Source of the DNA: a virus
Taxonomy: Duplodnaviria > Caudoviricetes
Reading direction: 5' to 3' (one strand)
Length of the DNA: 51,516 nt
IMG/VR virus record: IMGVR_UViG_3300033232_000065
Coordinates: 1 to 51,516 of that record
Below, one piece after another: positions 37,401-46,542 of the stretch (positions are counted from its first letter, which is position 1; each line of letters opens with the position of its first letter). Both the position numbers and the translations under genes were made by a program. A model generated the notes under the pieces. The model was not told the origin of the DNA and ran no database searches. It saw nothing but the letters and a program-made list of their open reading frames with translations.

Positions 37401-38845
37401 GTTTCCTTCCATTGTTCCCGGAGGTGCTTCTGTTCGTCGGTGACTTCTTTGGCCCCTTCTCCGGCGTTGACCGCAATGCCCTTAACGGCATCCGCTGCGT
37501 CTTTCGCCGCCTTCGCCGCTGCCTTCCCCGCAGGAGAAATGGAGTCTTCGAGTGCGACATACTTGTCGGCTAACGCCTGCAATTGCTTCTCCGTCGCTTC
37601 GTAGCGTTTGCGGAGGGCATCGTTCTGGGCCAAGGCGTCCTGGTAAGCCGTCCCTTTGCCCCCGAAAACCCCCTGCACGAAGTCCGTCACGCCCCCTGCC
37701 AGCGTCTTGAGCGTGGTAAGCGTCCCGCCGACCTTATCGATAAACATCGAAAGCCGCATGACCTCGGCTTCGATGCTGATAATCGTCAACCTGAAACGGA
37801 CGCCCCACTCGTGGATCACGTCCATATTGTCATCCAACTCACCGTTAAGGCCGGTAACGGATCGGGTGATCTCCTCGACTATTTCAGCGAGGGCAGGAGT
37901 GAACGCGGCGCCAGCGAGGACCTTCAGGTTCTCGAAATGTCTTTCGAGGGTCAGGAGTTGTTTCCCGGCCGTCTGCATGGACGCTTCATATGTCCCTGCG
38001 ATCATTCTTCCCGCTTCAATCACCTCGTTCGTCCGGATCGTCGCCTTCTCCACCTCGCTCAATGAGGCGACGGTTCGCCCCATTTCCTTGGCGACACGAG
38101 CATAACTTTCCCCAAACTGGACGTTGATTCCCATCGTCCGAAGTACGCGAACATTCGCGGCCTGGATGCCGTAAATCATCTGCTCGAACGCTTTCGATGA
38201 GTTCATGTTCGCGATGACGGCAGCGTCCTGCGCAATCCGGCCCAATTCTGTCGACTTCGTCAAATCCAACTGCGCCCGCGCCATCATCGACAGAGATTGC
38301 CGGGCGGAGAGCATGGAGATTCCGGTCTTTTCGAGGGACCTGGCGAATTCCTCCATCTCCGCGCCGGAATATCCTGCGTTCCGGCCCACAACGCGCATAA
38401 CGATCCCCATCGTCTCCATGCGGGCGGAGGTGAGCGTAACGTCTTTCAGCACGTCCATGGCGCCACGCATCGCGTAAAACGCCGCCGTAACCACTGCGGC
38501 AAGCCCGAGCCAGTTCTGCTTCATCTTGCCTATGAGGGAAGTCTGCACGCCGTACTGCTGTTCGTTGATCCGCCGGATCTTGTCGGCGGCGGACTGCTCC
38601 GCCCTGACCTTCTCGTCTGCGGTAGTCAAGTGGGATTGCTTTATCGCGGTGAGGGAGTTCTGGATGTTCTTTTTCATCGCGTCGTACATCTTGTCGGAGG
38701 TGATACCGACCCGCCCGAAGGTCTTCTCGATGTCGGCGGAGTTCTTCTTCGCAGCGTCGAGGATTTCCTTCTGGGCGGACGTGTATTTCGTGGCGTCGAG
38801 CGACAGTTCAACGATGATCGTACCGGATTTTTTCCCCTCTCCCAC
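34481..38845 (-). CDS. Tail tape measure protein
   Basis: ~1455 aa, Ala-rich helical, follows the tail chaperones; C-terminal YAHGG...AGE.G.EWIVP. Confidence 0.92.
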   Translation of the reverse strand: MGEGKKSGTIIVELSLDATKYTSAQKEILDAAKKNSADIEKTFGRVGITSDKMYDAMKKNIQNSLTAIKQSHLTTADEKVRAEQSAADKIRRINEQQYGVQTSLIGKMKQNWLGLAAVVTAAFYAMRGAMDVLKDVTLTSARMETMGIVMRVVGRNAGYSGAEMEEFARSLEKTGISMLSARQSLSMMARAQLDLTKSTELGRIAQDAAVIANMNSSKAFEQMIYGIQAANVRVLRTMGINVQFGESYARVAKEMGRTVASLSEVEKATIRTNEVIEAGRMIAGTYEASMQTAGKQLLTLERHFENLKVLAGAAFTPALAEIVEEITRSVTGLNGELDDNMDVIHEWGVRFRLTIISIEAEVMRLSMFIDKVGGTLTTLKTLAGGVTDFVQGVFGGKGTAYQDALAQNDALRKRYEATEKQLQALADKYVALEDSISPAGKAAAKAAKDAADAVKGIAVNAGEGAKEVTDEQKHLREQWKETKRTLEAKIEGEGVDRFTKRLIAIRVEAEKLVEKFKQVPGAAAVISKWREGAEGGVEGERAAESLKFERKAQAERERGIKEWQKIVTSAQVWEMDKMQLIINKRLALEETAVARVYELWEAGTINLAQLDEGLAAVRGASARALEAEMMMVMEEELSIYKDLAGFEETYYEKKLSFLDMEIDALQMKYNLEKNITDAMREQAGNAIADAATEKRMDDILKKTSGYADMLDAISGLYDENSKQAKLAHDAASVASVIQQGLLLKEAIAAATVAVATQGKGDPYTAFARVAAMIALMASVLSQAGISFGGGGGGASASALPPSTVLGAEAGTGSESVSKVWDLLQDTYDLEYRELTGIHNSVKQLNTNITGLVTSIVRTGSVEMAGVTLKNTATMFGTYGEDKLYGGVAGAIEDFGNWVLNTVVGGIFGGGKKQTLEASGIESKGVTAGQLIAGEYMDVLQYSVIKTVKDGGWFHSDKTSYQTLYESLDADVSRLFNLVFQGMSRTLVDIATGLGVDVNRVLEYTFEGSQLDLKGKTGEEIQKALSEYFSKVGDEAVEALFGDLVSKYQQLNEGLFETAARLAVDKAVVTEILKMTEQGFPGATAAVIAFSESIIELAGGLDELQESAATYYDKFFTDAEKQTRLQEQLSGALEDVNLFLPSTRDGYRAIVEALDLSTDAGREAYVALLKWSGAADEYYSVVEDAADGTKKLTESLLDQKKMITDWIASMTISSLAPVTSREAWVAEYERQKATVSAPGATTKDLSSFLSVSKEYLQFMRAYGGDYQAVFDAVMGDVQQLGDIKDAQIMAIEAADAAARDAAERQLLATTAIVAGMSGTGSTGTSIYDTLPNPYGYPASYDYTSDPNWAEDTNSGAYPWLAHYAHGGLTYGPSIAGESGKEWIVPTYEPQRSRFLESAPPQFWENLRGAGVVQPGGGGDITVRVPVYLDGKVVADVVAKNIKSNTNLSDAIRRVN

Positions 38846-38855
38846 GCTGTGCCCC

Positions 38856-39191
38856 CTATGTTTCCCTCTTCTCATTGATCCTGTCGATCATCCACCGGGA
38901 CAGGACGAGGATCTTCCTGAACGTGCCCGGGGCATCCTTTACTCGGTACCGGTCGATCGCTTCCCACACGGCGAGGTGGTTGATGTCCACCGGGCCGCCG
39001 CCGCCCATGATCCACTGGTTCTGAACGATGGAGTATAACGTGAGGGCCGCTTCGTTCTCTTCAAGCACGACAGGACGGCAGGTATCGCAGGGCGGTTCCT
39101 GCGGAGGCACCCTGCGGTCGTAGAGGTCGCGGCAGGCGTCGCAGTTCGGTTGGCAGTCAACCCGCCACTCCGCGACCTCTACGAGTTTTTT
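38856..39191 (-). CDS. Tail assembly chaperone frameshift extension (gpT-like)
   Basis: Open -1 frame from the slippery site; QWIMGGGGPVDIN. Confidence 0.7.
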   Translation of the reverse strand, partial: KKLVEVAEWRVDCQPNCDACRDLYDRRVPPQEPPCDTCRPVVLEENEAALTLYSIVQNQWIMGGGGPVDINHLAVWEAIDRYRVKDAPGTFRKILVLSRWMIDRINEKRET

Positions 39192-39637
39192 TCCTCGTCC
39201 TCTCTTGCCTTGATCCCGGCTCCTCCCATGATCTGCCAGCACCGCGCAACGAAGCGGTCAAAGACGGGAACCTTCATCAGGGCCAACTTGTTTTCCAGGG
39301 TACAGGTGATGACTTCACCGGTCTCGCTGTTTTTGAAATTCTCTAGGCCGGTGATTGCATAGTCGATCATCTCTTCCCTCTCCGCATTAATTTCTTCCGG
39401 AGTCAGGTCGGGATAGTATGAGATGCGCTCCATCGCCCGCGTCTTCGGATTATAGACGTGTTCAACGACTCTCTTTCGCTTGGCGATCCTCTCTTCGAGG
39501 AAGGGGCCGATGTTTCGTATCTGCACCCTTGCGTCCGACACCGGTTCCTCGAAGACGATCTCTCCGGTGTTGGGATTTACGTGCGACCCAAAAAAATGAA
39601 ACCATTCTCCCTGCGATGCATTCAGATCAAAAAGCAT
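39179..39637 (-). CDS. Tail assembly chaperone (gpG-like)
   Basis: Between tail tube and TMP; ends EEKNS with slippery A AAA AAC at 39185-39191. Confidence 0.8.
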   Translation of the reverse strand: MLFDLNASQGEWFHFFGSHVNPNTGEIVFEEPVSDARVQIRNIGPFLEERIAKRKRVVEHVYNPKTRAMERISYYPDLTPEEINAEREEMIDYAITGLENFKNSETGEVITCTLENKLALMKVPVFDRFVARCWQIMGGAGIKAREDEEKNS

Positions 39638-39668
39638 GATTCCCTCCCCGTTAGGGTCTGCTGATGTG

Positions 39669-40085
39669 TTAGGCTACCCGCTCCATCGCCTTCCCGGAAA
39701 CCTTCCCTTCGAAGGAAATCGTCGCCAGCCCGTTCTTCGTGAACTTCGGCGCTCCGAACTTCGAGATGACGAGCGTCCCGCCCGATCCCACACGCCAGAA
39801 CACGCTGGTTGACTCGTAGAAGTAGATGTTCGTAAACTCCGCATCCGCTTCCTGCAGCGCGTTCAAGGCCACCTGCCCGTTCGTGTCCGCCGGATCGTAG
39901 TTCCCGGAGAACGTGAACGTACCGGCATCGCCGATGCCCGCCTGTTTCCACTTCTTCACCGTGTCGCCGAATGCGGTGTCCTCCTGGATGTCCGGGACGA
40001 ACCCGCTTAAGGACCACTCCCCCATCCCCGCGATCACGACGCTGCCGTACATCACCTTGGCCAATCGTCCACCGATCGAAGCCAT
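39669..40085 (-). CDS. Tail tube (major tail) protein
   Basis: EDTAFGD..K....G..DAG..TFSGNYDP.D..GQ. Confidence 0.8.
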   Translation of the reverse strand: MASIGGRLAKVMYGSVVIAGMGEWSLSGFVPDIQEDTAFGDTVKKWKQAGIGDAGTFTFSGNYDPADTNGQVALNALQEADAEFTNIYFYESTSVFWRVGSGGTLVISKFGAPKFTKNGLATISFEGKVSGKAMERVA

Positions 40086-40143
40086 TTTCCTTACCTCCTG
40101 ATCGTTTTGTCTGAGTGTTGGACTTCGACTAAATGCCCCGCAT

Positions 40144-40176
40144 AAAATACAAAGGGCCGCCCGAAGGCGACCCTCA
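40144..40176 (-). terminator. Intrinsic terminator-like hairpin
   Basis: GAGGGTCGCCTTCGGGCGGCCCT then TTGTATTTT. Confidence 0.6.
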
Positions 40177-40199
40177 GTAACGCCGATTTCAGGGAATGC

Positions 40200-40955
40200 T
40201 TATCCCGCCGTGTGCTCCAGTTGTTCCTCGTGCGCCTCGATCTGCGCCGCCAACTCGTCTCCCGTGTCGGCGTCATGCATCTTCCCGATGGCCCGCTTCC
40301 CCTCGTTCGGGACTCCAAGGACGGTCGTGTCAATCCGTGGCGCACCCTTGAACCGTTCATGAAGCCACTTGAAATTTGCCTCGAACTGTTTATCCGGATA
40401 CCAGGTGAATGGGCGCATGCAGTAATGCTCGGCGAAGGCGTCAATGATCCACGCCGTGCCGCCCATCTCCCACGATTGCAGAACGCAGAGTGTTCCGTAC
40501 AGGTCGAATCCGGCGAGCCGCTCATTGAACCGGAAACCCTTCTTCATGTTCACGAAGATACAGCACTCGTCGAAACAACACGCTTCCTGCGGAAAGGTGT
40601 GGATATCAGACGTGTTGAACACCAGCGGGATCCGCATATCGTGGAACTTCCCGCAGATCGCACCCCCCATACATTTCCCGATGATCCCGGCGACGATCCA
40701 CGACTCCGGCAACTTCTCCAGTTCCAACTCAACCCTTCTCAACCACCCCTTCCGGTAGAACATGTCCTGGTGCGTGAGGATCGCCACGTCGGAGCCGTCT
40801 TTCTCGATGACGCCGAGCAACCGGTTCAACCCCTTCGTCGCCGAGTCCGGCATCTTGATCGTGTGGCATGGGATCATCGGGTCGAGCTGCGACTGGCAGA
40901 GGCACATGTGCAGCCGCATGATGTCGTTTACGAGAACGCCGAAGGAGAACTTCAC
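40200..40955 (-). CDS. Glycosyltransferase-like protein (GT2/GT-A fold)
   Basis: LN.....DVAILTHQD, FDEC, FDLYG..LC.Q..., EH. Confidence 0.7.
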   Translation of the reverse strand: MKFSFGVLVNDIMRLHMCLCQSQLDPMIPCHTIKMPDSATKGLNRLLGVIEKDGSDVAILTHQDMFYRKGWLRRVELELEKLPESWIVAGIIGKCMGGAICGKFHDMRIPLVFNTSDIHTFPQEACCFDECCIFVNMKKGFRFNERLAGFDLYGTLCVLQSWEMGGTAWIIDAFAEHYCMRPFTWYPDKQFEANFKWLHERFKGAPRIDTTVLGVPNEGKRAIGKMHDADTGDELAAQIEAHEEQLEHTAG

Positions 40956-41638
40956 GCGATCCTCTGGAACAGCGCGACCCCGCATGGCTTAACCTTCTTC
41001 GATGTCCATTCCCCGATAAACTGGAACGCCGGGTCTTCCTTCAACTCGGCCACGACACGAGGAACGCCCCAGTTCTTCAGCGCGGAGTCGTGGAGCATCA
41101 GGAACCCTCCATCGCTCAGGTAGGGAGCGTACAGTTCTACGTCCCTCTTCACATTCTCGTAGTGGTGGACGCCGTCGATCATCACGGCGTCGAAAAGATA
41201 CCCGAGATCAACGACGCGGTCTCTGATGGCATCGTCCCCCGACTTGCCGATGATCTCCGTCGTCCGAATCCCCGCAAGCACCTGCGGGCGGTTGACGCAA
41301 CGGGGATGCTCGTTCGTATCGACAAGGACGATCTCCTCCGGGTGGAAGAAATGGTTCGTAAGGTACGTCATCCCTCCGGCTGCGACGCCGATCTCCAGGT
41401 AGGTTTCGATCGGTTCCCCAGATTCGAGGATCGCGTGGATGCACGGCGCGATCTCGTCGGGGATCTGCTGGACGAAGATCCCGCCGACGTGCTTCCCGCC
41501 GAACGTCGGAAGATCATCCGATCCGGCGTCCTCGACAAACCGCTCGATCTCCTCGATCGACGGAACCTCCAGCTTCCATGTTTCGGACCCATGCTTCATC
41601 CCGCCCATACTCTTCCCTCCCGTGGTTTGTCCCGTCAT
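40952..41638 (-). CDS. Class I SAM-dependent methyltransferase (Methyltransf_24-like)
   Basis: YLEIGVAAGG, IDGVHHYENVKRD, GGFLMLHD. Confidence 0.85.
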   Translation of the reverse strand: MTGQTTGGKSMGGMKHGSETWKLEVPSIEEIERFVEDAGSDDLPTFGGKHVGGIFVQQIPDEIAPCIHAILESGEPIETYLEIGVAAGGMTYLTNHFFHPEEIVLVDTNEHPRCVNRPQVLAGIRTTEIIGKSGDDAIRDRVVDLGYLFDAVMIDGVHHYENVKRDVELYAPYLSDGGFLMLHDSALKNWGVPRVVAELKEDPAFQFIGEWTSKKVKPCGVALFQRIA

Positions 41639-42042
41639 GGCTGCCCGTTCGGGTGCGAATAGGTGATCTTGAACATCTGCTGCATGGCGATGATCCCCCT
41701 CCCGGGGTCGAGGGAAAGGACCATCGAGCCCGTGCGCCGGTTCTGGATGGCGTTCCCGCCCAAGGTGTGGTCGGCCGCCATCACCGTATGGATAGCGGCA
41801 AAAACTGTCTCTGCATCCGTGTCCTTGCACCAGGTCTCCACGAGGATATCCCACTCGAACACCTCGACGCCGAACTCCTCGTCCGGAGACTCCTGGTCCG
41901 ACCCCTGCAGGACGAACAGAGCCGGAAGCGTCAACTGCTCTAGGTCCGCCTGCTCGTACTTCCCGACGAAGACATCCCCGACACCGGTGATGCTACCGAG
42001 GGCGGTTTCAATATTGGCGAGGATGGAGGATCGGACGCTCAT
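41635..42042 (-). CDS. Tail terminator-like protein
   Basis: MSVRSSILANI...LPAL; position after the head-tail joining gene. Confidence 0.7.
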   Translation of the reverse strand: MSVRSSILANIETALGSITGVGDVFVGKYEQADLEQLTLPALFVLQGSDQESPDEEFGVEVFEWDILVETWCKDTDAETVFAAIHTVMAADHTLGGNAIQNRRTGSMVLSLDPGRGIIAMQQMFKITYSHPNGQP

Positions 42043-42045
42043 CCG

Positions 42046-42348
42046 TCAGTACTCCTTTCCGAGATAAAGAGTGGTCCAGCCAGTCTCATCGGGCTGGACC
42101 TTGAGCACGCGGTATGCCACGCTGTCCACCGTGAGCGTGTCGCCGTTCTTCACCCCGGAAATATCGGAGGTCCTGCATCCCGCTTGCCCGATGGACCCCT
42201 GGGGAACGATGTCCCCGCCGAGGTTCACGTCCTCCACGCCGAGGGAGAAGCAGACCCGAATCGCGGCGGCCTGCCCCTCCGCAGGCGTGAAGGTGGCGTC
42301 CATCCCGAGGAAGTCGTCATCCAGAAAGTCGGCGTGGGGAAAGTCCAT
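42046..42348 (-). CDS. Head-tail joining protein (gpFII-like)
   Basis: GDTLTVD...YRV..VQPDETGWTTLYL. Confidence 0.8.
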   Translation of the reverse strand: MDFPHADFLDDDFLGMDATFTPAEGQAAAIRVCFSLGVEDVNLGGDIVPQGSIGQAGCRTSDISGVKNGDTLTVDSVAYRVLKVQPDETGWTTLYLGKEY

Positions 42349-42360
42349 CCCTCGCGGCCC

Positions 42361-42840
42361 CTATCGAACGACCGGCTTGTACTGCGGGTATCCCTTGATC
42401 GCGATCGCGGAGAAGGTTGCCGCTCCCGTGTTGTTTGCCGGGGCGATCCTCAGCCGGGTGTACCTCTTCGTCCCGGCGTATTCGAGCATGTACACAGCGT
42501 TGTTGTCCGCGATGCTGAACGTCGCGGCGGCCTCGGTTCCGTGCAGTTGGGCGTCGGCAACCTCCTCCGCATCTGACAAGACGCTGTTATCCCCGTGGAA
42601 CAGAACCGGGGTGAACGTCGCGTCGGTGTCGGCCACGGTCGCCACGTTGATGACGTACAGTACGGACGAATACCCGCGCCCGTCGATGATCTGGCTGTCC
42701 GTGTTGTCGTTGTTCGACACCGTGACCGGCGAGATAGCCCGGACCGCGAGGGTATTGTTGTACAGGTCCGCGCCGATAGCGATCGCGGCCCCGACGATGA
42801 TGATGAGCATTGATGCGAGTACGATCAGGCGTTTACGCAT
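42361..42840 (-). CDS. Capsid-associated/decoration-like protein with hydrophobic N-terminus
   Basis: IIDGRGY..V...GDNS.LSDA..V...EY.GTKRY.R pattern; two genes after the capsid. Confidence 0.6.
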   Translation of the reverse strand: MRKRLIVLASMLIIIVGAAIAIGADLYNNTLAVRAISPVTVSNNDNTDSQIIDGRGYSSVLYVINVATVADTDATFTPVLFHGDNSVLSDAEEVADAQLHGTEAAATFSIADNNAVYMLEYAGTKRYTRLRIAPANNTGAATFSAIAIKGYPQYKPVVR

Positions 42841-42841
42841 C

Positions 42842-43066
42842 TTATCCGTCCTCCTTCTTTTTCTTCTTCCTCTTCGGTTCCTCTTCCGTGGCGGCGGCCT
42901 CTGCGCCGTCGGCCACTTCGACCTCCGGAGGGGGAGGCGCAACGTACTTCTTCGCCTTCTTCGCCCCGATCCGGTCATACGCGGTGGCCTTGTCCGTCTC
43001 CACGATGGTCCCGGGTATGCAATCCACGCCGCGCACCCGGCACCTCTGAATGATTTCGATTTTCAT
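42842..43066 (-). CDS. Small capsid-adjacent protein
   Basis: 74 aa, AGGAGG RBS, basic tail. Confidence 0.65.
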   Translation of the reverse strand: MKIEIIQRCRVRGVDCIPGTIVETDKATAYDRIGAKKAKKYVAPPPPEVEVADGAEAAATEEEPKRKKKKKEDG

Positions 43067-43139
43067 CGTCGGACCCTCCTGTGGAGCCAGGCGGGGGGAA
43101 AGCCCCCCGCCTGTCCTGGTATCGAATGCCACGGCCCGA

Positions 43140-45092
43140 TTACGACAGGTCGGTGGCGAGGGTGAACGCGCCGGCCTGCCGGACACCCACGTCAACGCTC
43201 TGATACCCGACGATGCGGATCCCGCCGGAGGTCGAGAGCGACTTGTCGTCGACGTTGATGTCAAGGACGCCCCACTCGCCGATGATCGCCTGCAGGAAGT
43301 CACCGAAGAACAGGTACTGCGCGGTGATCTGCGTCGAGGTGAGGACCGGGAATCCGGCCATGCGATCATCGTCGCCGCACAGGTACACGGGGTACCCCGC
43401 GGTCCCCTTCTCGCGGGTCTTCAGGATCCCCCACGAGGTCGGGTTGCAAACCCAGTTCATCCCGGGCTTCTCTGCGTTCGCGTTCATTACGTCGGTGAGC
43501 GCGGAGATGGCGAGGATCCACGAGAAGGTCGCGCCGGTGAACGCGCCGCCGGCGGCCGTCGCGATGCCGGTCGGCTGCCCGTTCGCCCCGGTGCCGTGGA
43601 ACACGGCGAGGTCGATCATCCGGGCGAGGACCTTGACGAGACTGTTCAGCACGATGTTGTCGGCCGCCGGCGCCGACTGCTTCATGAGGTTCCGGGTGAT
43701 GTCCACCCAGGCGGCGACGTTCTTAAGCGAGAGCGTCACCTGACCGACGGTCCCCTGGCTCTCCGTCGGAGGGTTGCCTTCCGTCTCGATCCAGTACCCG
43801 GTCGGGTCCGCGGTCTCCTTCGGGATGGCGACGTTGCCGACGAGGCCGGACATGATCTGCACGCCGGCGGCAGCGGCTACGAGCTTCGCCCGAAGCAACT
43901 CGATGAACGATCCCGCCATGTGCTGCGTCCCGACGAGGAACCCGCCGGCGGTGTCGGTGGTGATGTTCATGTCGCGCCGGTTGCGCGGCGCCGTCATGAT
44001 GTCGTACGGCAGGTAGAAGGACCGGGACTCCGATCCCACCTGCTTTGCGACCTGGTCCGAGCACTCCTTCTCGAAGGGCGCATCCCGCCAGTCCTTGGTC
44101 GTCGCGGCCCGGATCGCCCGGAGGATGCTGTACCGCTGCGCCTCGTTGTGCGTGAGGCCGATCTCCCCCAACGGCGTGTACAGGGGCTTGGAGTTGGTTC
44201 CGTCGTTGATGCGGTTAAGGACGATGCCGCGGAACTCCTCGATGGTCGTCCCCTTCTGCTCCGCCATGTCCACGATGCGGACCGGCAGGCCGTGGCGGGA
44301 GGCCAGCTCGCGGATCTCCTTCATGCGCGCCCGCTCCTTCTGGGTCGCGTCATCGGCCGCCTTCACGCGGTCCGCCTTCATTTCCAACTCGACTTCTTCA
44401 AGCGTCTTGGTGTCGGGCATTTCCCGTTCCTCCTTTTTTTGTCCGGAAACTATTGAGGCCCCCGAAGGGGCCTCGCTTGACTGCTTGTTTTCGCCCGGCG
44501 GGATGCCGGGTGGCTTGACCTCGCTGCCCTCCTGCCCTCCGCCGGGTTCTGCGGTCCGTCCGACGCCAACCGTCGGGTCCGCAGGTACCGTGACGAACGA
44601 ACATTCATAGGGCTCCCAATCCGTGATCCGATAGACCGGCAGTTTCTCCCGAGCCGCCATCTCCATCAGGTCAGGTGTCATCTTCTTCGGATCCATCTCC
44701 TTCATGAAGTGGATCTCGTATCCCACGGAAACGTCTTTCAGAATGCCGTCCTCTACATCGCGCAGTTTCTCCGCGGCTAGCGGCCCCTGGCCGAACCGCG
44801 CGGTCCCGCGTCCGACCTTGTCATCGTCGCACCGGCAGTCCGTCAGGATCCCGAGATGTTCGCTGCGCCCATGATTGAACAGGACGGCGATCCCGTCTTT
44901 TGCCCTGTCCATCCGCATCGCGCCAGGGGAGTGGTCAAGGATCTCGATCCCCCACCAGCGGACGTACGGAAGCTCAGACGAGAAGGCGAGATCGACGGTC
45001 CTTTCCGTTGCCTTTACCGTCGCCCGGTCGAGTTGGAACGTTCTCCTCATCGGCTCCTTCTTCAGCTTCGTCAGTAACTCCCTGATCTCCAT
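43140..45092 (-). CDS. Prohead protease-major capsid protein fusion (HK97 fold)
   Basis: LFNH, VSVGY, WEPYECSFVTVPAD protease motifs followed by the capsid domain. Confidence 0.92.
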   Translation of the reverse strand: MEIRELLTKLKKEPMRRTFQLDRATVKATERTVDLAFSSELPYVRWWGIEILDHSPGAMRMDRAKDGIAVLFNHGRSEHLGILTDCRCDDDKVGRGTARFGQGPLAAEKLRDVEDGILKDVSVGYEIHFMKEMDPKKMTPDLMEMAAREKLPVYRITDWEPYECSFVTVPADPTVGVGRTAEPGGGQEGSEVKPPGIPPGENKQSSEAPSGASIVSGQKKEEREMPDTKTLEEVELEMKADRVKAADDATQKERARMKEIRELASRHGLPVRIVDMAEQKGTTIEEFRGIVLNRINDGTNSKPLYTPLGEIGLTHNEAQRYSILRAIRAATTKDWRDAPFEKECSDQVAKQVGSESRSFYLPYDIMTAPRNRRDMNITTDTAGGFLVGTQHMAGSFIELLRAKLVAAAAGVQIMSGLVGNVAIPKETADPTGYWIETEGNPPTESQGTVGQVTLSLKNVAAWVDITRNLMKQSAPAADNIVLNSLVKVLARMIDLAVFHGTGANGQPTGIATAAGGAFTGATFSWILAISALTDVMNANAEKPGMNWVCNPTSWGILKTREKGTAGYPVYLCGDDDRMAGFPVLTSTQITAQYLFFGDFLQAIIGEWGVLDINVDDKSLSTSGGIRIVGYQSVDVGVRQAGAFTLATDLS

Positions 45093-46542
45093 CGCTCTTC
45101 CCTCCGTATTCGAATTCCAGGCCATACTTCGCTGCGAGTTCCTTCTCCGCCTTAAGCTCCTGATACAACTCCTCGATGTCTCCGCCGTTCTCGCTGATGA
45201 CCTGCGTCGAGCTCTTGAAGCCGGACTTCACCGCCTCCTGGTATGCCTTCACTTCCTCGAGTGGTTTCACCCAGGACCATCGCCGCCCGGTCCATGCGGG
45301 GACGTTGAACTTGTTGTACTTCGAGAAGGGCAGGATGACCGCGCCGGACATGAGCGCCATGTACAGCCACTCGGCGTATACCCGGTCGAGGAACATTTCG
45401 ATGAACCACGACTGGAGACTCTTCCAGGTCTCCCGCTCCTCCAGAAGTCCCGCTCGGATCGACGAGAAATTGACATCCGTCAGATCGTTCGACAGCGAGG
45501 AGAAGGAAACGCCCAGTCCCGAGGAGATCCCACGCAGGATCGATTTCACGAAGGGATCAAACTGCGCCTCCGGATACTTCGGATCGAATCCCTGGAACTC
45601 CTTATCCCCGATGTCCTCGAACGTCCCGGGTTCGCAGGTGACGGTCATATTCCCGGAGGCGTCTATCGCATCGCCTTTGTAGGCATCGTCCCCTCCGGGA
45701 GTGCGGAAGAAGCCGAGTTTATTCGCTCCCGCCCGGGCGTTGATGATCGCGCCTTCCACGTACCCTTTGAGGTCGTGGAGCGACAGCATCGCCGGGGCCA
45801 TCCAGGAGATCCCCCGGGTCTGGTCCGCACGCTCCGGATCGAACACGTGGATCATGTCGGAGGCCGGGACCGCGGTCCGCGGGCCGGACGGGACGATGTA
45901 CCCGTACACATCTATGCCCTTGGGGCGCTGGCTCACGTGATACGCCACGGGACGCCGCCATGAGTCGGTCTCGACGCCCATCCGTACGATGTTCCCGTTC
46001 GGGAGTTCCGTGCTGTACTTCTCGTCGATCCAATCCGGCTCGATGAGTTGGAGCGAGAAGGAGTACCGGTTGATGTTCGCACCCCGGACCAGCCGGATGA
46101 ACATCTCCCCGTCCCGGGCCACCGTCTCGACGATGATTTCCTGCGCCTTCCGGAAGGAGATGTTCCCCGCGACGGTGGCGGTCGCGGGCTTTCCCCAATC
46201 GTAGAAGGCGTTCTCGAGGATCGTATTCGCAAGATGGTCCGGCTCGGGCTCCCCGTTCTTGTAATCCATCGCCTTGACCTGGAGCGCGAATCCCTCGCTA
46301 CCGACGACGTTCTTCTTAACCGCCCGCAGATACGCCCGCACGTACTCGTTGTTCTGGCTCAAATCCCGCGCACGGGATCGGACCTTCACGAGTCCGGACC
46401 GGATGTCCTGGTCGATGGATGTCGCGCCGGAGATCCAATCGGCGGTCAGGCGCCCCATCTTCGCGGCGGCGTAGGCGCGGCGACCGGATCTTCTCGGCGA
46501 TCCCTGAAGAACGAACAGCAGGCGTTCAAGAAATCCCATCAC
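44974..46542 (-). CDS. Portal protein, lambda family
   Basis: RSRARDL..NN, GVE.D.W.RPVAY, QTRGISW, VNFSSIR, WSWVKPLEE. Confidence 0.93.
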   Translation of the reverse strand: MMGFLERLLFVLQGSPRRSGRRAYAAAKMGRLTADWISGATSIDQDIRSGLVKVRSRARDLSQNNEYVRAYLRAVKKNVVGSEGFALQVKAMDYKNGEPEPDHLANTILENAFYDWGKPATATVAGNISFRKAQEIIVETVARDGEMFIRLVRGANINRYSFSLQLIEPDWIDEKYSTELPNGNIVRMGVETDSWRRPVAYHVSQRPKGIDVYGYIVPSGPRTAVPASDMIHVFDPERADQTRGISWMAPAMLSLHDLKGYVEGAIINARAGANKLGFFRTPGGDDAYKGDAIDASGNMTVTCEPGTFEDIGDKEFQGFDPKYPEAQFDPFVKSILRGISSGLGVSFSSLSNDLTDVNFSSIRAGLLEERETWKSLQSWFIEMFLDRVYAEWLYMALMSGAVILPFSKYNKFNVPAWTGRRWSWVKPLEEVKAYQEAVKSGFKSSTQVISENGGDIEELYQELKAEKELAAKYGLEFEYGGKSDGDQGVTDEAEEGADEENVPTRPGDGKGNGKDRRSRLLV

